From NCBI GenBank assembly GCA_963713825.1, contig CAVQNG010000003.1:553794-617793 (forward strand): DNA of 64,000 nucleotides, given 5' to 3'. The notes under the pieces were generated by a model, which did not search any database, was not told the DNA's origin, and worked only from the letters and a program-made list of their open reading frames with translations. The position numbers and the translations under genes were made by a program. The DNA is from an uncultured Acidobacteriota bacterium (GTDB lineage: Bacteria; Acidobacteriota; Thermoanaerobaculia; Multivoradales; JAHEKO01). Of the stretch, positions 59,846-64,000 are shown piece by piece. The stretch's first letter is position 1; every line of letters starts with the position of its first letter.

Positions 59846-59955
59846 CTCTAGGCCCACCTGACGAGAGCGATTCACAGCGCGCAGATCCACGTGGAGTTCC
59901 GTTCTCGCGAGCAGCACGCAGCCACATCGATCCAACTACCCAAGGAGGATCACCC

Positions 59956-62900
59956 ATGAGAACAAACAGATGGTTATGGCCGCTAGCGTTGGCATTTGCA
60001 CTACTGCTGAGCACAGCGGCAATCACAAATGCACAAGAGGAGACCGGGAACATTTACGTCCAGGTCACCGACACCGCAGGACAAACTCTGCCAGGCGCCA
60101 GTGTTGAAATGGTGGGTGGCGGAGCGCCCAGACTCGGGATCACCAGCGCGCAGGGTGAAACGCGTTTCCTCGGTCTGGCCCCAGGCAATTACAGCCTGAA
60201 GGCCACCCTGGACGGTTTCTCCACCGTTGAGTACCCGAACGTCAACGTCAGGGTCGGCCGTAACACCACGATCCAGGTGCAGCTCAGTGCTGCCATTGGT
60301 GAGGTGATCACGGTGACTTCTGAGAGCCCACTGTTGGATGAGCGCCGGCTCACCGCCGGTACCACGATCAGTCAGGTCGAGCTCGAGAGCATTCCGAGCG
60401 CGCGTGACCCGTGGGCCATCGTGCAGCAGGCTCCCGGAGTCATGACCGACCGCATCAACGTCGGTGGTAACGAGAGCGGCCAGCAGGCCGTCTTCCGTGG
60501 CCAGGCCAACAACGGCGACGAGAACGACTTTCTTGTCGACGGTGTCCAGATCACGGACATGTCCGCCATCGGCTCCTCACCGACCTACTACGACTTCGAC
60601 CAGTTCTCCGAGATTCAGCTGGCAACCGGTGGTCCCGATGTAAGCAAGGGCGCAGCCGGTGTCTCGGTCAATATGGTCACCAAGCGTGGTACCAACGAGT
60701 TCCGCGGCACGGCACGCTTTCTGCTGACGGATGCCGCTGGTTACTTCGGCGCGCTCGAAGCCGCGGATCCGGGTTACTCGGACAGCGACCTCGGACCGGG
60801 CCAGGACAACTACTCCGGTGACACGGTCGATCGGATTCAGGAATTCGGCTTCGAGGCCGGTGGTCCGGCGTGGCGGGATCGCGTCTGGCTGTGGGCTTCG
60901 TGGGGTCAGAACGACATCAATCGGATCGTCGGTAGTGGCCAGTCCGACCGCACGATCCTCGAGGGCACCGCGGTCAAGTTGAACGCCCAGTTCACCGCGG
61001 CCAACTCCTTCGTTGCCTCCTTCAACAACGGCGACAAGGTCAAGTTCGGCCGTGGTGCGTCGCCGGACAACGATCCGTCGTCGACCCGTAACCAGCGTGG
61101 TCCGACGGGGATCACCAAACTCGAGGACACGCACGTCTTCGGCTCGAACCTGTTCCTGACCGGTCAGTACTCCTTCGTCGATGGCGGTTTCTCGCTGACG
61201 GCGCTGGGCGGCTCAGGCCCAGACCTTCCCGCGATTCCGTTCCCTGGCGGCGAAAAGTACACCAACGGCGACGGTTTCGTGACCAACAACTCTACCGGCG
61301 GCAACAGCCGTCCGACCGAGGAGTTCAAGATCGACGGTTCCTACTTCTTCACCACCTCGAGCTTGAACCACGAGATCAAGTTTGGTGGTCGAACGCGCGA
61401 AGCCTCGACCGAGAGCGCCTGGTCGTATCCTGGCCGCAACATCTTCCACTACGACGGCACCTATGCCGGCGTGGCGGGCGACAGGGAACTCGGTGCCTCG
61501 CTCGGACTGCCTGTGGCCCGTGCGGACGACTACGCTGCGGTCTACGCCTACCGTCAGGGTCCCGTACCTGTCATCACGAACTACGATTCGTTGTGGGTGC
61601 AGGACACGATGACGATGGGCTCCTGGACCTTCAACGTCGGCTTCCGTTGGGACGATCAGTCGGGTGAGAACACGGCTGGCGTCGTGGATGCCAACCTCGG
61701 CTTCCCGAATGAAATGCCGGCCCTCGACTTCGCGGGCAACAACGCCGACGGCCTCAACTGGTCGAGTATCACTCCTCGCCTGGGTGTCACTTACGCCCTC
61801 GGTGAGGAGCGCAAGACACTCATCCGCGGTAGCTTCTCGCAGTTCCCGGATGTCATGTCGTTGACCAACATCAGCCGCGTGAACCCCTTGTCCGGACAGT
61901 TGGCGTACATCGTCTTCGTCGACGATCCGGCTGGTTTCCCGGGCTTTTACGATGACGGCGAACAGTACGCAGTGGCAGCCGGCTACTGGGGCTACAACCC
62001 GAACGACCCGGCGGCTCTGTCGTCCTCGAACAAGAACGATCCGGGCATGGATGCTCCGCTCACCAACGAGTTGATCCTTGGTGCCGAGCATGCCTTCCTG
62101 CCTGAGTTCGTGGTCAGCGGTACCCTCACCTGGCGTAAGGTCACGGATGTACAGGACTTCCAGCGGTTGTTCACGCCGCTCGGCAACGACAACGCGACAC
62201 CGCAGACGATTCCGGCCAGCGAGTACATCACGGACCCGACACCACTCGTGATCACGATCCCGGGTATTGGCGGCCCTGCTGCAACCGAGTCGTATACCAC
62301 CTACTCGGCGGATCCGTCGAAATGGAACTACACAGGTGGTCAGCTGTTCACCAACGGTGATCGTGAGATCGACTACCTCGGTGCAACCATCGGCTTCACG
62401 AAGCGACTGGCGAACCAGTGGATGATGCGTGGCTACGTCCAGTACAACTTCGACGAGTCCTGGAGCGTGCCGGGTAGCTACTTCAACAACAACGATCCCA
62501 ACCGAGTGCTGCCTGGTGTGGCGTCCGGTGCTGTCATCGATGGCTCGACCTACGTCATCCAGTCGACCGGTTCCGGCCGCGACGAGTCCTGGCTGCAATC
62601 GGAATGGGGTTGGAACTTGAACGGCATGTACCAGGTGGCGCCCGACAGGCCCTGGGGCTTCAACGTCGCCGCCAACATGACCGGCCGTCAGGGCTATCCG
62701 ATTCCGTACTACCGGAACAGAACCGGTCTGGACGGAATTTCACGGTCGATTCAGGCTGCACAGAACATCGACGACTATCGCATGGACGATCTGTTCTCGA
62801 TGGATATGCGGCTCGAGAAAGAGTTCAGGACGGCGGGCAACCTCGGCCTGACCTTCTCGATCGACGCCTTCAATATCTTCAACAACGGCGTCGTGCTGGA

Positions 62901-62997
62901 CCGCAACCGCAACACCACCTCCGGCAACGTGGGGTGGATCAGTACCTCGCTGGCACCGCGGGTCTTCCGACTCGGTGTCCGCTTGAACTGGCGGTAA
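59956..62997 (+). CDS. TonB-dependent receptor-like outer-membrane protein with N-terminal carboxypeptidase-regulatory-like domain
   Basis: ATG 59956 with AAGGAGGA RBS. Signal peptide; CarboxypepD_reg-like block (NIYVQVTDTAGQTLPGASVEMVGGGAPRLGITSAQGETRF), plug-like region, long beta-barrel ending FRLGVRLNWR. Confidence 0.8.
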   Translation: MRTNRWLWPLALAFALLLSTAAITNAQEETGNIYVQVTDTAGQTLPGASVEMVGGGAPRLGITSAQGETRFLGLAPGNYSLKATLDGFSTVEYPNVNVRVGRNTTIQVQLSAAIGEVITVTSESPLLDERRLTAGTTISQVELESIPSARDPWAIVQQAPGVMTDRINVGGNESGQQAVFRGQANNGDENDFLVDGVQITDMSAIGSSPTYYDFDQFSEIQLATGGPDVSKGAAGVSVNMVTKRGTNEFRGTARFLLTDAAGYFGALEAADPGYSDSDLGPGQDNYSGDTVDRIQEFGFEAGGPAWRDRVWLWASWGQNDINRIVGSGQSDRTILEGTAVKLNAQFTAANSFVASFNNGDKVKFGRGASPDNDPSSTRNQRGPTGITKLEDTHVFGSNLFLTGQYSFVDGGFSLTALGGSGPDLPAIPFPGGEKYTNGDGFVTNNSTGGNSRPTEEFKIDGSYFFTTSSLNHEIKFGGRTREASTESAWSYPGRNIFHYDGTYAGVAGDRELGASLGLPVARADDYAAVYAYRQGPVPVITNYDSLWVQDTMTMGSWTFNVGFRWDDQSGENTAGVVDANLGFPNEMPALDFAGNNADGLNWSSITPRLGVTYALGEERKTLIRGSFSQFPDVMSLTNISRVNPLSGQLAYIVFVDDPAGFPGFYDDGEQYAVAAGYWGYNPNDPAALSSSNKNDPGMDAPLTNELILGAEHAFLPEFVVSGTLTWRKVTDVQDFQRLFTPLGNDNATPQTIPASEYITDPTPLVITIPGIGGPAATESYTTYSADPSKWNYTGGQLFTNGDREIDYLGATIGFTKRLANQWMMRGYVQYNFDESWSVPGSYFNNNDPNRVLPGVASGAVIDGSTYVIQSTGSGRDESWLQSEWGWNLNGMYQVAPDRPWGFNVAANMTGRQGYPIPYYRNRTGLDGISRSIQAAQNIDDYRMDDLFSMDMRLEKEFRTAGNLGLTFSIDAFNIFNNGVVLDRNRNTTSGNVGWISTSLAPRVFRLGVRLNWR

Positions 62998-63074
62998 GTC
63001 GTCCATTCAAACCAGGCCACACGCTTCACCGCCGGGGGGGCAACTCCCCGGCGCTTTTTGTTCCCGCCTAGCCG

Positions 63075-63252
63075 ATGGCTAGGCAGTCAAGGGTTGAGGC
63101 GTCCGGTCGTTCCTTCCGGACGATCTATGAGGGCTTGGGGGTTGAACCGGCCGCACTCCGTGTCGGCCGGCCTTTGGGGCTTGGGGGAACAGCCGACAAA
63201 CAACCCTCGCGCCCCTACTGTCCTATGCCCTTACGCCCCCCTTGGTGCCAAA
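63075..63252. repeat. Composite GC-rich intergenic repeat, same module order as 14181..14345
   Basis: GGGTTGAGGCGTCCGGTCGTTCCTTCCGGACGATC, TGAGGGCTTGGGGGTTGAACCGG, TTTGGGGCTTGGGGGAACAG, CCTATGCCCTTACGCCCCCC. Confidence 0.75.
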
Positions 63253-63412
63253 GGTTCGTCCGGGTGGTTCGGCAGGGGGGGCTCGACAAGCGCAGCGCAA
63301 GAGCCGTCGAAGTTCACGGCCCATCCGGCGCGCCGGAGAGCGCAGGTGGCGGCCAAACCCGTCAAAGCCTGAGTAGCCGACGCCGTCCCCCGGCGAACCA
63401 CCTGGGCGCGGA
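63253..63412 (+). mobile_element. MITE-like non-coding element (copy 3 of 3)
   Basis: Starts GGTTCGTCCGGGTGGTTCG and ends CGGCGAACCACCTGGGCGCGGAC. Shares CTCGACAAGCGCAGCGCAAGAGCC and GCAGGTGGCGGCC with 14365..14546. Confidence 0.6.
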
Positions 63413-63506
63413 CCCCCACTACCAGTTTCTCGATAGGATCAAGTGGACCGATCAGCGTCCCAACAGACGCTTTCAGCTCACCAGCATCTGATCGAGGAGT
63501 CACCCC

Positions 63507-64000
63507 ATGTCCGACCCCCGTCACACCAAGCTGTCCGAGATCCTGGTCCACTACTCCTGCGAACTGAAGGAGGGAGACAAGGTCCTCATCGAGGCCGTCG
63601 ACATCCCGCACGCCTTCACCACCGAGCTCATCCGTGCCGCTAGCGAGGCCGGAGCCCAGCCCTTCGTGACGCTCAAGAACCAGTCGGTCTGGCGAGCGTT
63701 GCAGCTGGCTGGCAGCGAGCCGCAGATGCAGCTCATCGCCGAGATCGAAGCCAAACGCATGGCGGAAATGGATGCCTACATCGGTGTGCGGGGCACCGAC
63801 AATGTCTCCGAGTGGTCCGACATCCCGACTGACAAGATGGGTCTCTATGAGTCCAACGTCTGGAAGAAGGTCCACATCGACATCCGCGTACCCGACACCC
63901 GGTGGGTCGTGCTGCGTTGGCCCAGCCCTTCGATGGCGCAGCTGGCTCAGATGTCGACGGAGAGCTTCGAGAACTTCTACTTCGACGTCTGCAACATCGA
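63507..64000 (+). CDS. M29-family aminopeptidase (PepS/AmpS-like); 3' end runs off the window
   Basis: MSDPRHTKLSEILVHYSCELKEGDKVLIEAVDIPHAFTTELIRAASEAGAQPF parallels the PepS N-terminus LVDYCLELKEGEKLYVRS...AIKAGAHPH. Open frame to the window end. Confidence 0.7.
   Translation, partial: MSDPRHTKLSEILVHYSCELKEGDKVLIEAVDIPHAFTTELIRAASEAGAQPFVTLKNQSVWRALQLAGSEPQMQLIAEIEAKRMAEMDAYIGVRGTDNVSEWSDIPTDKMGLYESNVWKKVHIDIRVPDTRWVVLRWPSPSMAQLAQMSTESFENFYFDVCNI

Overview
This is a high-GC (about 65%) bacterial chromosomal segment, gene-dense on both strands, with about 55 protein-coding genes and 2 tRNAs (Asn-GTT, Met/Ile2-CAT). No rRNA, CRISPR array, integrase or transposase gene was seen.

Most content looks like core chromosome: a macromolecular-synthesis operon rpsU-mutS2-dnaG-rpoD, pckG, hutI, slt, a SMUG1-type uracil-DNA glycosylase, yggS, a P1B-type ATPase, an ABC-2 exporter, a 5'-3' exonuclease, glutamine-synthetase-like and PepS-like genes. 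Signalling genes are abundant: a PAS sensor at the left edge that is missing from the ORF track, PAS-GGDEF-EAL, a CHASE2 adenylate cyclase convergent with an MscS channel carrying a cNMP-binding domain, and an ECF sigma factor with a fused zinc-finger tail.

The most notable items are these:
- A 1,330-aa secreted COG2374/EEP extracellular nuclease carries three tandem copies of an unrecognised ~214-aa domain; two copies are ~99% identical at the DNA level, forming a 642-bp tandem duplication.
- An AbiEii-like nucleotidyltransferase plus a small upstream ORF is wedged between yggS and hutI, a candidate toxin-antitoxin/abortive-infection pair.
- A mosaic family of GC-rich intergenic repeats occupies at least 9 loci, mostly at gene 3' ends. 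It includes a ~160-180-bp MITE-like element with ~19-bp terminal inverted repeats in 3 copies and both orientations, and a (GGGCGTAG)x5 microsatellite.
- A G7 homopolymer frameshift splits a membrane-protein gene.
- A sigma-54-type -24/-12 promoter sits in an AT-richer intergenic region upstream of a TonB-dependent receptor.
- A WS/DGAT homolog carries an HQxxxDG motif in place of HHxxxDG.
- An AmmeMemoRadiSam-type radical SAM gene lacks its usual partners.

Taxonomic impression, by inference only: Acidobacteria-like, based on CarboxypepD_reg-TonB receptors, GWxTD-like and COG2374 proteins. All calls come from reading the sequence and the ORF track; no database searches were run.
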